64,000 bases of DNA from an uncultured Spirochaetota bacterium (GCA_963835575.1 CAWIGG010000003.1:268480-332479); one strand, 5' to 3'. Shown: positions 39,893 through 50,498, counted from the stretch's first letter. Notes: generated by a model from the sequence alone, not told the origin. Numbers and translations are program-made.

Positions 39893-41430
39893 TATCGGCA
39901 AAAGAATGCCTGAGGTCGCTGTCAAGCCCCGCGATAATGCTTTTAATGCCGAGGTAGTAGGAATGCATGCCGGCTTCAAAAAGCTTTTTTTCCAGATATT
40001 TAGCTACCTCCCGTTTACCGGCGCCCCTTTCGCCGGTTATGAGCACAAATTTGGACTTATGTGAATTTTTTATTTCCCTCTCCGCGGTTTTGATAAAACT
40101 GAAATCCCAGACCCTTTCCCTGTCTTTAATATATTCCTCTATGAAAAGAGAGCCGTCTGTTCTGCTTTTTATTATTACTCCGGCGCCGCATATTTCATAA
40201 TTATCGATGATAACGAACCGGCCGGTGGACTCTATAGCCTGCGCCGTATCGAAGGCGAACGGTTTATCCGCTTCAAGGACGCATTCCGATACGTCATATC
40301 TGTCTATATGGTCTTTATTCTCAAGCTCCGTCAGTTCGGATGAGTCAATGATATTAATTATTTCTCTCAATTGAACAAGGATTTTGGCCGTTCCGATTTT
40401 AGCGATATATTTTTTCCCCCTGACGAGAGGAATATTTCCCATCCAGAAGAGGGTGGCCTCTATTTTTCTGCCGACCTGCGGGTAATTCTTCTCTGCTTTC
40501 CCGGCCATAATTTCTCCGGGCTTGATATATAAGTCGTCTTCCAGAGTAAATCCGCAGCTTACGCCTTCTTGAATGGTTCCAGCCGGGTTGAACTCGATCG
40601 TTTTGATCCTGGATTTTTTGTTCGAGGGGAAAAAAACAACTTCATCTCCTTCGGAAATGCCGCCGCAGGCTACCTGCCCGGCAATGATGCGCCGTGTATC
40701 CTCCCCGTCCGTAAATTTATAAACATCCTGGACGGGAAACCGGAAAGGCTTTTTTTCCTCTTTTGCCTGCTCCTTAAAACCGTCTATTTGTTCAATGACC
40801 GTCGGGCCGCTGAACCACCCGAGATTTGCGGAACGGACAGCGATATTTTCTCCATACCGGGCGCAGACCGGGATGAAACTTTCAGCCTTCAGCCCGATCT
40901 TTTCAAGGAATCCGCCGTATTCCTTTACAACGTCCTGGAAACTCTCCCTGCTGTAAGCGGTCAGGTCCATCTTATTGACCAATACGGCGATTTGCTTGAT
41001 CCCCAGGAGGGATATGAGATAGCCATGCCTTTTTGAGTTTTCCTGAATGCCTTCCTGTACATCAATCACAATCAGCGCGGCTGAGGCTTTAGCCGCACCC
41101 GTGATCATATTTTTCAGAAATTCCATATGACCCGGAGCATCGATGATGAGATAGTCCCGCTTCCCTGTTTTAAAGAAAACACGGCAGGTATCGATGGTAA
41201 TCCCCTGCGATTGTTCTTCCTTGAGCGAATCAAGCAGAAAGGCATATTCAAAATTTTTCGCGTTCTTCTCGCAATAAGCCCGGATGTTTTCGAGTTTTCC
41301 TTCCGGCAGGGAATGCGTATCCGCCAATAGTCTTCCTATTATACTGCTTTTACCATGATCGACATGCCCTGTAATGACGATATTAAACTGTTCTTTATTA
41401 TTCAAGCTGTGCTCCTAATCTCAGTCTGTA

Positions 41431-42318
41431 TTACATATAGCCGTCGCGGCGGAGAGTCTCGAGAGTGCCGCCATCCTCTTTGTCCTGCTCTCTTCCCGAA
41501 CGCTCAGCGACATTTGACAGCCGTCCGCTCTTCAATTCATCTATGACTGCCTCAATGGTTGAAGCTTCCGAATCAATCGGCTTTGTACAGGGATAGCAGC
41601 CGAGAGAACGGTAGCGTTTTCCATTTCCCTGATTCAGATACAATTTAATAAAAGGAATATTATCCCGCTTTATATATTCCCAGACATCAAGCTCAGTCCA
41701 GTCCAGGAGCGGATGGATCCGGATATGGCTTCCCGGCGGAAAATCAGTATTATAATAATGCCAGAGCTCCGGCGGCTGATCTCCGATATTCCACACGCTT
41801 GCTTCCGACCTGGGGGAGAAATATCTCTCTTTCGAACGGCTCCCCTCCTCATCGGCCCTGATGCCTACTATCACACCCTGGAAAGGGTCTTTCCGCAGGT
41901 CCGGTTCATATTTTCCCGTATTCAGGTTCATTTTGTACCGGGGCCATTCCCCGGAGAGAGTGTGCCTGAGGGCCTCGCTTTTCAAACTTTTACAGCATGC
42001 TATCCTGTCCGCATTTCCATCCGGGAATGTCAGCTTTTCCTCCAGCGCTTTTTTATTCTCGCCATAGATCATCTCAAGCCGCCATTCGCGGGCAAGCCGG
42101 TCCCGGAAGGCGATCATTTCCGGGATTTTATAATGGGTGTCGATATGAACAAGGGGGAAGGGAATATGACCGAAAAAAGCCTTCCTTGCCAGGTAAAGCA
42201 TGACCGTGCTGTCTTTGCCGATCGACCAGAGCATGCAGAGGTTTTTATTTTTAAATTCCCGGTACGCTTCCCTGAGGATATAAATACTTTCCGATTCCAG
42301 TTTTTCCATCCTGTCCAT
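41431..42318 (-). CDS. cysD: Sulfate adenylyltransferase subunit 2
   Basis: [37 protein letters not shown]. Confidence 0.95.
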   Translation of the reverse strand: MDRMEKLESESIYILREAYREFKNKNLCMLWSIGKDSTVMLYLARKAFFGHIPFPLVHIDTHYKIPEMIAFRDRLAREWRLEMIYGENKKALEEKLTFPDGNADRIACCKSLKSEALRHTLSGEWPRYKMNLNTGKYEPDLRKDPFQGVIVGIRADEEGSRSKERYFSPRSEASVWNIGDQPPELWHYYNTDFPPGSHIRIHPLLDWTELDVWEYIKRDNIPFIKLYLNQGNGKRYRSLGCYPCTKPIDSEASTIEAVIDELKSGRLSNVAERSGREQDKEDGGTLETLRRDGYM

Positions 42319-42339
42319 TGTCCGCTCCTCTTCTTTTGT

Positions 42340-43065
42340 TTAACTTTTCCCGACATGCAGCCCGCATTCCTTCTTTTCAGGGCTTTCCCACCACCAGCGT
42401 CCGCTCCTTTCGTCGTCTCCCTCTCCGGTCGCCCGCGTGCAGGGCAGGCAGCCGATGCTGGCAAAGCCCTTATCAAAGAGCTTATTGTACGGGATTTGAT
42501 TCTCCTTTATATAATTCCAGACATCCCTGGACAACCAGTCGGATAATGGATTGATTTTTATGATATTGAATTGCTCATCCCACTCAAGCGGCAGAACTTC
42601 CGCGCGTGTCATAGACTGGCCCCTCCTGAGTCCGCAAATCCAGGCATCGACAGTGGACAGCGCTCTCTTAAGAGGCCGGATCTTCCGTACCTCACAGCAG
42701 AGTTTTCGCAGTTTAAGGTTTTTGTAAAAAAGATTGGGGCCGTTTTTCCGTTCGAGTTCTTCAACATCCCGGGATTCCGGGAATAAAACTTCATAGCAGA
42801 AGCCGTATTTCTCCATTGTTTCCTGCATCGTATCGTAAGTTTCCTGAAACACCCGCCCTGTATCCAGCGTCAGTATGCGCGCTTTCCTTTCTTTTAAAAG
42901 AAGCATATGCGTCAGAACCTGGTCTTCATTACTGAGGCTCGAAGCGAGAATGACATGCGGCGGCCCGAATGTATCAAGTGTCCAGTCAATCAATTCCCGG
43001 GTTTTCAAACTTCCGGTTTGTTTCTGATATTCCATTAATTTTTCTTTCAAGAAGCGCCTGCCCAA
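42340..43065 (-). CDS. cysH: APS reductase (4Fe-4S CysH-type); start uncertain
   Basis: LDTGR, CCEVRK, SIGCLPCT, RSGRWWWE, KECGLH. Confidence 0.93.
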   Translation of the reverse strand: MGRRFLKEKLMEYQKQTGSLKTRELIDWTLDTFGPPHVILASSLSNEDQVLTHMLLLKERKARILTLDTGRVFQETYDTMQETMEKYGFCYEVLFPESRDVEELERKNGPNLFYKNLKLRKLCCEVRKIRPLKRALSTVDAWICGLRRGQSMTRAEVLPLEWDEQFNIIKINPLSDWLSRDVWNYIKENQIPYNKLFDKGFASIGCLPCTRATGEGDDERSGRWWWESPEKKECGLHVGKS

Positions 43066-43177
43066 TTCCTAAATAACATAAGAATTCCTCCTGTGTTTAT
43101 TCCTGCAGTTCAGCAGCTAATCTTCCCGTTCTGCGAGGTATCATACTATTTTCAAAGCTTACCAATCCGCTTTTTGG

Positions 43178-44197
43178 TTATTGCCAGACTGTTTCGAATT
43201 TATATTCGAGTTCCAGCTTGATATTGATCTCCCCGGATGGCCGGCTGTAGCCGAACAGCGGCTTTATTGCCAGATCCTTGCCTGGTTTGATATTAGCGCC
43301 TACATATTCCCCCCGGACATTGCTGACGGAATCCGGGGAAGCATAGTCATAACGGATATACGGCGTAAATGCCCCATCAAAAAGCTTATAACCCAAGGTA
43401 AATGAAGCGACATAACCTGAAACGGCCGCATTATCAAGCGTAGAAACTAATCCTATATACTGAAGCAGGAAATCAACAGGTATTACCAGTGCATCAAAAG
43501 CCGGGTCGCTAGCCTTTATTCCCACAGCCCAGGACACTTCACGCTTTAAAGTGGAGCTGTTATAATCCTGGTAGCGGAAAGTACCGCCGATAGACAGCCC
43601 TTTGAAGAGCAATATATACAAGCTCACCTGTTCAGCGTAATTATCCGCTTTGGTATTTGTTCCGCTGAATATATTTTCAGATCCCTCGCCGTTTAACACC
43701 TGGATATAATAGTTGATAAATCCCTGTTTGTTATCCCCGGAACTGAAAAGCTTACCGGACAGGGCCAGTCCAAAATCAGCCGATTTGGTCGGCGATATAT
43801 TGGAGTATGTTTCTTCAGCAGATTTTACCGGTATCGGGTAGTTCCATTCGGAGAGATACCCGAAATAGGATTTTAATAATCCTCCCGATAGCACCGCTTC
43901 ATTCAGAAGCACCCAATCGAAATAGGCAAATTTTAAAGGCGTGGCCGGTTTTGAAAAGTCGGCAGTAAAACATCCCCTGATCGTATTCCCAAACCAGTCC
44001 TTTCCCTCGCCTGTCAATGTCAGGTACAGCCTGCCGATATAAAATGCTCCGCCCTTATCTATATTGCCGTTCGCCGAATTTGTATCAGCGGTTACTTCAT
44101 TATCCAGCCAGCCTAAAGTTTCCAGGCGGGTTTCAGCCCAGGCTGATACGCTTGATAAAAACAGTAAAAGCATTACAAATTTTATATGATGCTTCAT
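43178..44197 (-). CDS. Porin-like outer-membrane beta-barrel protein
   Basis: Signal peptide; RLYLT, KFAYFDW, SADFG, NGEG; amphipathic C-terminal strand LELEYKF. Confidence 0.6.
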   Translation of the reverse strand: MKHHIKFVMLLLFLSSVSAWAETRLETLGWLDNEVTADTNSANGNIDKGGAFYIGRLYLTLTGEGKDWFGNTIRGCFTADFSKPATPLKFAYFDWVLLNEAVLSGGLLKSYFGYLSEWNYPIPVKSAEETYSNISPTKSADFGLALSGKLFSSGDNKQGFINYYIQVLNGEGSENIFSGTNTKADNYAEQVSLYILLFKGLSIGGTFRYQDYNSSTLKREVSWAVGIKASDPAFDALVIPVDFLLQYIGLVSTLDNAAVSGYVASFTLGYKLFDGAFTPYIRYDYASPDSVSNVRGEYVGANIKPGKDLAIKPLFGYSRPSGEINIKLELEYKFETVWQ

Positions 44198-44235
44198 AAA
44201 GCAACTCCTTTTAAATAAAATTTTCATTTTTATAT

Positions 44236-44478
44236 TTATATGTTGAAATCGTCCTGTGGAACATTTTTTTTCCCAAAAGATATCTTGTTCCATAATTGTT
44301 CATGAAAGTAATATAAAAATATTTTAGAAACAAGTTCCACCAATCCTATTGAGAGGGCCCATTTCAATTTGCCTGTAATAATAAAAGCCCAAAGTACCGT
44401 ATCCAGCGTGCCGGTAATTCTCCAGCTGATCGCTTTAACCAGGCTTCTGGTATGGTTTTCGATTATTTTTTGCTTCAT
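44236..44478 (-). CDS. DUF2061 family membrane protein
   Basis: RSLVKAISWRITGTLDT...YYFHEQLW. Confidence 0.85.
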   Translation of the reverse strand: MKQKIIENHTRSLVKAISWRITGTLDTVLWAFIITGKLKWALSIGLVELVSKIFLYYFHEQLWNKISFGKKNVPQDDFNI

Positions 44479-44488
44479 TAACCTGCCC

Positions 44489-46876
44489 CTATTTTTTTAT
44501 TATGACACTCCAGAAGCCTTCAATCCTTTCCTGTTTAAGTATCGTATGGCCTTCCGAGATGACCGAACCCGGAACATTATTGATGGGTTCTCCGTCAGAG
44601 AGCCAGATTTCCAGCACTTCGCCCTTATTCATTTTCGAAAGCTCCATCTTTGTTTTCACAAAATTCATCGGGCATGCGACTCCCCGTAAGTCCTTGAAAT
44701 ATTTTGCCTGGGCCCGTCCATCCGTAAGCCCTGGCCTGAGAGTTTTTTTTACTCCGGGCTGCGCCTCCATCAGGGAGGATTTTTTAAAAGATAGGGAATC
44801 GTCCATATTCCGGTAAAGCTCCATCACATCCCGCGCGAGGGATAATATACTTTCTTCCCGATCGGTTAAAAAAACGTCTCTTTTACCGGCTGCCGCCTCT
44901 TCAATTAAGCGGCTGTAATCCGCTGCCTTATCCGGACTGAAAAACCCGGACTCAATAAAATATTTTTTAAAGCCGAGAAAAACCGTCCTGTCATCGCCGG
45001 CCTCGATGCCTTGAGTTATCAGGAGCATTCTGGCAGAATGAAAAAGGATGCTGTAAAATGCTTTTTCCTTTTCAGAAGGCGAATCCCCTGCGGATGTTAA
45101 AAATATTTTACCTTTTTCGATTTCATTGAAGTCCCTTTCAATAAAATCGAGTAAGCCGGCATAGCACTCTCCCGCACCCCGTCCGGCGAGCGAGAACACC
45201 TCTTCCGAGTCCCAGTCGAAATAATAATTTTTGTTCTCGGCAAATGTGGGAGGAGAGGAAAATTTACTGTCCAGCAAATGGGAAATATACCGCCGGCCAT
45301 GTTTTTCAATATATTCACTGAAATCCGAATATTCCCCGTACCGGCCGATAAAATTTTCCATTATCTTCATGATCAATTCCGGAACGTCCCTCGCGCTTAT
45401 TTCGCCTATCTTTTCACTGAACCGTGTTTTTCCATCACTGCCGGCCGCTCCCGAGGTGATGACATAAGCGGGGTAAAGCCTTTCGCCGCTGCGGGCCGCG
45501 AAGCCGTAAAGTCCGATGTCTCCCAGAAGATGCGCCCCGCATGAATTCGGACAGCCTGATATATGGAGCGTCACCTTTTTTGCTTTGTCCATGTCCAGCC
45601 TGCTTTTTTTGAGTTTTCTCATTATCTCTCCGGCCGCACCCCGCGATAGGCAAATCCCCAGCCGGCATGTTGAAGCCCCCGCACAGGAAATAATATTCCC
45701 GTAAAAAGGCGGGAAAGAAACCTCATCGAAAAGTTCCCTGAGAAAACCGTAAAATGTTGATAGATATTCCTCGGGAATATTCCTCAGGTGAATATTCTGA
45801 TCGAGGGTAAACCGGATCACATTATCGCCGAAATCCTTTAAGAAAGCCGATAACTTCAGGGTTTTTTCATAAGTCAAAACACCCAAAATAACCGGAACGG
45901 TAATAGAAAACAATCCTTCCTGTTTCTGAATCCGGACATACCGCTTTTTCCAGAGTTCATAGGATTGGATATCCTCCAATCCTTTTTTCAGGATTCCAGG
46001 ATGGCAGCCGGTATTCTTTATTTCAGCTATATCCAGCGGTATAAAACCCTGCTTTTTAATTTTGTCGAATTCTTGAGTAAAAAGCCTGTTGAACTCTCCT
46101 TCGCCCATGCGGTCATACAAAAAACGCAGCCGCGCAGTGTTGCGGTTCTTCCTATTGCCATGTTTATTGAAGATGCTTTTAACGGCTACGGCAGCCGCAT
46201 ATACCTCGTTTTCAGGAATAAAATCCAGCAGGAGCCTGCCCAATGAAGATTTGGCCCCCATCCCGCCGGCAGCATAAACACGGAATCCTTTTAAGCCATT
46301 CTCTATCCGCGCAATAAATCCAAGGTCATTTACGGAGGCGGAGGCGGTATCCTGACCGGAATTTGAAAAAGCGATTTTAAATTTCCGGGGCAATGCCCAG
46401 GAATCGCCTTCCGATATAAAACGGCTCGTGAGAGCGACGGCATAGGGCGAGACATCGAATATCTCTTCCCTGCTGATTCCCGAGTCGGCAGAAGCGGTAA
46501 TATTACGGACAGTATTGCCCCCTCCGCCCCTGGTTGTCAGGCCGATTTCTTTTAATTCTTTGATAACGCCTGCAATATGTTCCAGCTTTATATTATGGAT
46601 CTGTATTTCCTGGCGTGTGGTAATATGAAGCAGTCCGCTGCCGTATTCCGATGAAAGTTTTGCTATCTTTTCAAGTTGAGAAGGCGAAATGATGCCGGCG
46701 GCACAGCGCACTCTGATCATGAAGATATTATCTTCCCTTTGCTCATAAACCCCGAACGGCACCCGGTGTGTTTTGAGCAGAATCTTATCAATTTCATCGC
46801 GCTGATATTTTTCTATCAAAATCTTAAATTCCTGAAGCTCTTTCCCAAGATTATCCGGCAGCCGATAACTAATCAT
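44489..46876 (-). CDS. Siroheme sulfite reductase with C-terminal TusA domain
   Basis: GVYEQR, HITTRQ, LPRKFK, CAGASTC...GCPNSC; terminal DLRGVACPMNFVKTK. Confidence 0.9.
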   Translation of the reverse strand: MISYRLPDNLGKELQEFKILIEKYQRDEIDKILLKTHRVPFGVYEQREDNIFMIRVRCAAGIISPSQLEKIAKLSSEYGSGLLHITTRQEIQIHNIKLEHIAGVIKELKEIGLTTRGGGGNTVRNITASADSGISREEIFDVSPYAVALTSRFISEGDSWALPRKFKIAFSNSGQDTASASVNDLGFIARIENGLKGFRVYAAGGMGAKSSLGRLLLDFIPENEVYAAAVAVKSIFNKHGNRKNRNTARLRFLYDRMGEGEFNRLFTQEFDKIKKQGFIPLDIAEIKNTGCHPGILKKGLEDIQSYELWKKRYVRIQKQEGLFSITVPVILGVLTYEKTLKLSAFLKDFGDNVIRFTLDQNIHLRNIPEEYLSTFYGFLRELFDEVSFPPFYGNIISCAGASTCRLGICLSRGAAGEIMRKLKKSRLDMDKAKKVTLHISGCPNSCGAHLLGDIGLYGFAARSGERLYPAYVITSGAAGSDGKTRFSEKIGEISARDVPELIMKIMENFIGRYGEYSDFSEYIEKHGRRYISHLLDSKFSSPPTFAENKNYYFDWDSEEVFSLAGRGAGECYAGLLDFIERDFNEIEKGKIFLTSAGDSPSEKEKAFYSILFHSARMLLITQGIEAGDDRTVFLGFKKYFIESGFFSPDKAADYSRLIEEAAAGKRDVFLTDREESILSLARDVMELYRNMDDSLSFKKSSLMEAQPGVKKTLRPGLTDGRAQAKYFKDLRGVACPMNFVKTKMELSKMNKGEVLEIWLSDGEPINNVPGSVISEGHTILKQERIEGFWSVIIKK

Positions 46877-47270
46877 TAAGCACCTCCAGTTTCTCCTTGA
46901 AAACTTCCCCACCGCGTATTTTGTAGGAATTCACGGCAGGCCGGCCGCCGGCCAGGGAAATAATAACATGGCTTACATCCGGATCATAAGCTATCCGGAT
47001 ATCCTCCTGCGAAGGCCATGCGGGCGAAGCCGGGTGGCTGTGATAAACAGCGATGAGTTTTTCGCCTTTTTCCCTCGCTTTTTTCAGAACGGCGAACTGC
47101 TCTTTCGGGTCTAAACTGAAATGTTCCGGGCTGTTATCAATATTGGTCATCGGATAAAAGTTTGTTGCAAGATCACACATTCCGCTCAGGTAGCCGCAAG
47201 CCTCTATAGGGGCTTCCCTCTGCGCATGGCCGATGATCGCATCTAGTATTTTTTTCTTTATCCACATCAT
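46869..47270 (-). CDS. JAMM/MPN (Mov34, M67) metallopeptidase, HcyD/Mec-like
   Basis: EACG, YHSHP...PSQED. Confidence 0.92.
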   Translation of the reverse strand: MMWIKKKILDAIIGHAQREAPIEACGYLSGMCDLATNFYPMTNIDNSPEHFSLDPKEQFAVLKKAREKGEKLIAVYHSHPASPAWPSQEDIRIAYDPDVSHVIISLAGGRPAVNSYKIRGGEVFKEKLEVLND

Positions 47271-47491
47271 TTCTCTATTACCACCCTGTATCTGTTTTCC
47301 CGGACAGGATCGATCCCGATTATTTTAAAGCCCTGCTCTGCGCATGCCTTGGGTACGTTATCGAGAGGTTCGCCTTCGGTCAGGAGAACTTCCAATAGAT
47401 CTCCCTTCTCCATTTTTGACAACTGCAGTTTTGTTTTGACAAAAGTCATCGGGCAGTGTTCCTTAACGATATCCAGAGTATAAACCTTCAT
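47267..47491 (-). CDS. TusA/SirA-family sulfur carrier
   Basis: LDIVKEHCPMTFVKTK. Confidence 0.9.
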   Translation of the reverse strand: MKVYTLDIVKEHCPMTFVKTKLQLSKMEKGDLLEVLLTEGEPLDNVPKACAEQGFKIIGIDPVRENRYRVVIEK

Positions 47492-47535
47492 AAACTGATT
47501 ACCTCTCTTTCAGGCTATTTATTATAAATTTACAG

Positions 47536-48018
47536 CTATATAAACAGGGTTTGCCCGCCGGATGAAATATCCAGAAACTTGGCCACCCCCAATACTTTCC
47601 TTACTTCCGGTATAAAATCCTCTTTTACGAGCCCCAGGATGACCATCGACATCTCGCAGGCGTAAAAGTTCACACCCAGGGTTTTGGACGCCTCTATCAA
47701 CTCGGTTAATGTCGCGACATTTCTCTTTTTCATCATCGATATCATCAAAACAGGGCTCAATCCTCCGAAGTTCAGGCGGCTGAGCGGCAGATTCCCGAAT
47801 CCTCCCATAAGAAAACCAAAAAACCTTGCCAGGAAGCCCTTTCCAAGAAAACTCCGGCCCTTTTTTCTTTTTATCGCGTTCAGCCCCCAGAAGGTAAAAA
47901 ATAAATTAACCTCATAATTTACCGCCGCCGCTCCGCTTGCCAGCGTAAACACGGCTATAAGTTTATCAAAATCTCCGCTAAAGCTGATGATAGAGAGCTT
48001 TTTTTTCGGATCTGTCAT
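47536..48018 (-). CDS. DsrE2-like (DsrE/DsrF family) protein
   Basis: LSIISFSGDFDK, FFTFWGL, YACEMSM. Confidence 0.88.
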   Translation of the reverse strand: MTDPKKKLSIISFSGDFDKLIAVFTLASGAAAVNYEVNLFFTFWGLNAIKRKKGRSFLGKGFLARFFGFLMGGFGNLPLSRLNFGGLSPVLMISMMKKRNVATLTELIEASKTLGVNFYACEMSMVILGLVKEDFIPEVRKVLGVAKFLDISSGGQTLFI

Positions 48019-48030
48019 ATTAATCTCCTT

Positions 48031-48846
48031 TTACTTCTTTAAATCGCAGGCAGCCTGTTCTTCGTCATGGAGTTGTGCGATGGCCGGTTTTAATCCGCAG
48101 ACCGGACATTCCGGATTTTTCTTTAATTTTACTTTCCTGAAATCCATAGTTTTGGCATTCAAAATCAGAAGCTGATTATAAAGGATTTCCCCGATTCCCA
48201 GGATATACTTTAGGGCTTCCGTCGCCTGTATGGTGCCCAGAATTCCGGCTACGGCCCCTAATACTCCCGCCTGTGAACATGTCGGAACGGCATTCAAAGG
48301 AGGCGGGGATGTAAAAACACAGCGGTAGCATGCCGTCTCACGCGGCTTTACAGTCATTGTCTGGCCTTCAAACCGGAGGATGCCTCCGTGCGAAAAAGGC
48401 TTGTTTTCAAAGACACAGGCGTCATTGATCAGGAATTTTGAAGCGAAATTATCGGTTCCGTCAATAATAAAATCATATTCCCGGATAATACCCCTGATAT
48501 TCGAGGCTTCCAAATGCTCCGCATAAGTATTAATTCCAATACCGGGGTTCAATGCATGCATTTTGTTTTTTGCGGACTCGACTTTCAATTTACCGACATC
48601 ACCGGTAAAATGTATAATCTGCCTTTGAAGATTGGACAGGTCAACCCTGTCGTAATCGGCTATGCCGATGGTACCGACGCCGGCAGCGGAAAGATAGAGT
48701 GCGGCAGGCGCCCCCAGCCCGCCGGCGCCTATGATCAGGACTTTACTGTTCAGGATCTTTTCCTGGCCTTCAATACCGACGTCTTTCAATAATATATGCC
48801 TAGAATACCTTTCCAGCTGTTCATCATTAAAATCCATTTCTTTCAC
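48031..48846 (-). CDS. ThiF/MoeB-family adenylyltransferase (E1-like, HcyF-like)
   Basis: RYSRH, GAGGLG, SNLQRQ, DGTDNF, CYRC, CPVC. Confidence 0.95.
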   Translation of the reverse strand: MKEMDFNDEQLERYSRHILLKDVGIEGQEKILNSKVLIIGAGGLGAPAALYLSAAGVGTIGIADYDRVDLSNLQRQIIHFTGDVGKLKVESAKNKMHALNPGIGINTYAEHLEASNIRGIIREYDFIIDGTDNFASKFLINDACVFENKPFSHGGILRFEGQTMTVKPRETACYRCVFTSPPPLNAVPTCSQAGVLGAVAGILGTIQATEALKYILGIGEILYNQLLILNAKTMDFRKVKLKKNPECPVCGLKPAIAQLHDEEQAACDLKK

Positions 48847-48879
48847 TCCTCATAAAGTGATATTGTAAAATTACCCTGT

Positions 48880-50325
48880 TTATAGAGTTTTGAAAGCATC
48901 CTCTATATCCTCTATCAAATCTTCCCTATCCTCTATACCGGCCGATAACCGGAGCATATTTTCCGGAACTCCCAATTCTTTTTTTGTTTCAGGTGGAAAC
49001 TCGCAATAAATCGTTGATGACGGGTGGATTATCAATGATTTATTATCATTGATATTGGTCGCCCGGCGAATTATTTTAAGGTTATTCATAAACCGGAAGC
49101 ATTTTTCTTTCGATTCCAGTTCAAACGTAAGAATACCGCCGAACTGGCCGTTAAAAAACTTCTTCGCATAAGCATGATAGGGGCTTCTTTCAAGTCCCGG
49201 ATAATTCACCCGCTTCACTTCCGGATGATTATGTAAGTATAATGCCAGGTCCATCGCGTTTTGAGAACTTCTGTCCATCCTGAGAGCGATGGTTTCAAGG
49301 CCGAGAGTGTGTAGATACGCATTCTGGGCGGACATGCATGCTCCAAGATTGCGGTAAACTTCCCTGCGGAGTTTCATTAAAAAAGTAGATTGACCAAATT
49401 TTTTATAATCATTCTGAAGCTTTTCAATTTTACTCCAGTTGAAGTTCCCATAGTCAATAATAATTCCCCCCACCGACGTGGCTCCTCCCGACATATACTT
49501 TGTTGAGGATATCACGTCAATATTCACACCGTAATCCTTTGAATGGAACAGGTAAGGCGTGCTGGCCGTGTTATCCGCTATGAGAAGAATCCCATGTTTT
49601 TCCGCGGTCCTGCCCAAAGCTTCAATATCAAAAACCGCAAGCTGGGGATTGGTTATGGTTTCGATAAATATTGCCCTTGTTGTTTCATCTATTGATCTTT
49701 CAACCTCCTCCGGTTTATGGAAATCGGCATATTTAACTTTCAGGCCCCAGGGCTTCAGTGTATTTTCCATAAGTGAATAAGTATTACCGAAGATGTATTT
49801 AGAGGTTAAAATCGTATCATTAGTTTGAGCTAAAGCAAGGATCGTATTGGCAATCGCCGCCATACCGGAAGAAAGCGCGATAGATCCGAAGCCGCCGGCT
49901 AAAAAATTGATCTTCTGTTCAAATTCAGCAACTGTCGGGTTGGAAATCCTCGAATAGGAATGGGCTGATTTCTTACCCAAAAAAGCGTTTTCAATATCTT
50001 CGGCGTTTTCAAACTCAAAAGCGGCGCAATCATAAATCGGTGTTCTTAAGGCTTTGTGTGCATCATTATTTTTATTAGGCCCATGGATAGCCTTTGTCAT
50101 AAATCCTTTTATTTTAAAATCACCTCCACCCATGAAATAGAGAATATCGATTATATCGTTCTCTTTCAAATAAGTGTCGATAAACCTTTCTTTTTCGATA
50201 TAAGCACCATTCAACTGAACCGAAACCATATCCGGCGATTCTACTTTCCGGATCCGGATAACTTCAGCTATACTGAGATTACTGCTTTCAAAGCTTTGAC
50301 GTTCTCCATTAATAATAATATTCAT
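48880..50325 (-). CDS. ThiS-like sulfur carrier fused to O-acetylhomoserine sulfhydrylase (MetY-like PLP enzyme)
   Basis: aa 1-68 ThiS fold ending LYFMGGG; then YSRISNPT, SSGMAA, DNT, SSTKY, LRLSAGIE. Confidence 0.85.
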   Translation of the reverse strand: MNIIINGERQSFESSNLSIAEVIRIRKVESPDMVSVQLNGAYIEKERFIDTYLKENDIIDILYFMGGGDFKIKGFMTKAIHGPNKNNDAHKALRTPIYDCAAFEFENAEDIENAFLGKKSAHSYSRISNPTVAEFEQKINFLAGGFGSIALSSGMAAIANTILALAQTNDTILTSKYIFGNTYSLMENTLKPWGLKVKYADFHKPEEVERSIDETTRAIFIETITNPQLAVFDIEALGRTAEKHGILLIADNTASTPYLFHSKDYGVNIDVISSTKYMSGGATSVGGIIIDYGNFNWSKIEKLQNDYKKFGQSTFLMKLRREVYRNLGACMSAQNAYLHTLGLETIALRMDRSSQNAMDLALYLHNHPEVKRVNYPGLERSPYHAYAKKFFNGQFGGILTFELESKEKCFRFMNNLKIIRRATNINDNKSLIIHPSSTIYCEFPPETKKELGVPENMLRLSAGIEDREDLIEDIEDAFKTL

Positions 50326-50340
50326 AACAACTCCTTTATA

Positions 50341-50368
50341 TCATACTATTCCTATCTATTTAGTATGA
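50341..50368. promoter_or_regulatory. Palindromic operator, candidate Rrf2 (CymR/IscR-like) site
   Basis: TCATACTA-N12-TAGTATGA just upstream of the sulfur operon RBS. Confidence 0.55.
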
Positions 50369-50498
50369 AATATTATAGAAAATCATTTTATTTTTGTCAA
50401 TAATAGACATACAATTATTTATTTGCTGAATATCAGGGAAGTTGACTATTTAATTTTATGATGATATTATAGGATTAATATATTAACCAGGAATATCC

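Larger units (their letters stand above)
37933..41405 (-). pseudogene. cysN: Sulfate adenylyltransferase large subunit with C-terminal APS-kinase-like domain, interrupted by IS1182
   Basis: [24 protein letters not shown]-terminal [11 protein letters not shown] removal restores ...HSFADREEMLRRLGE... Confidence 0.9.

Noticed and set aside
41713..42546. 277-aa plus-strand ORF and similar antisense ORFs (e.g. 58409-59044, 4468-4872)
   Set aside because: Shadow frames opposite well-supported genes
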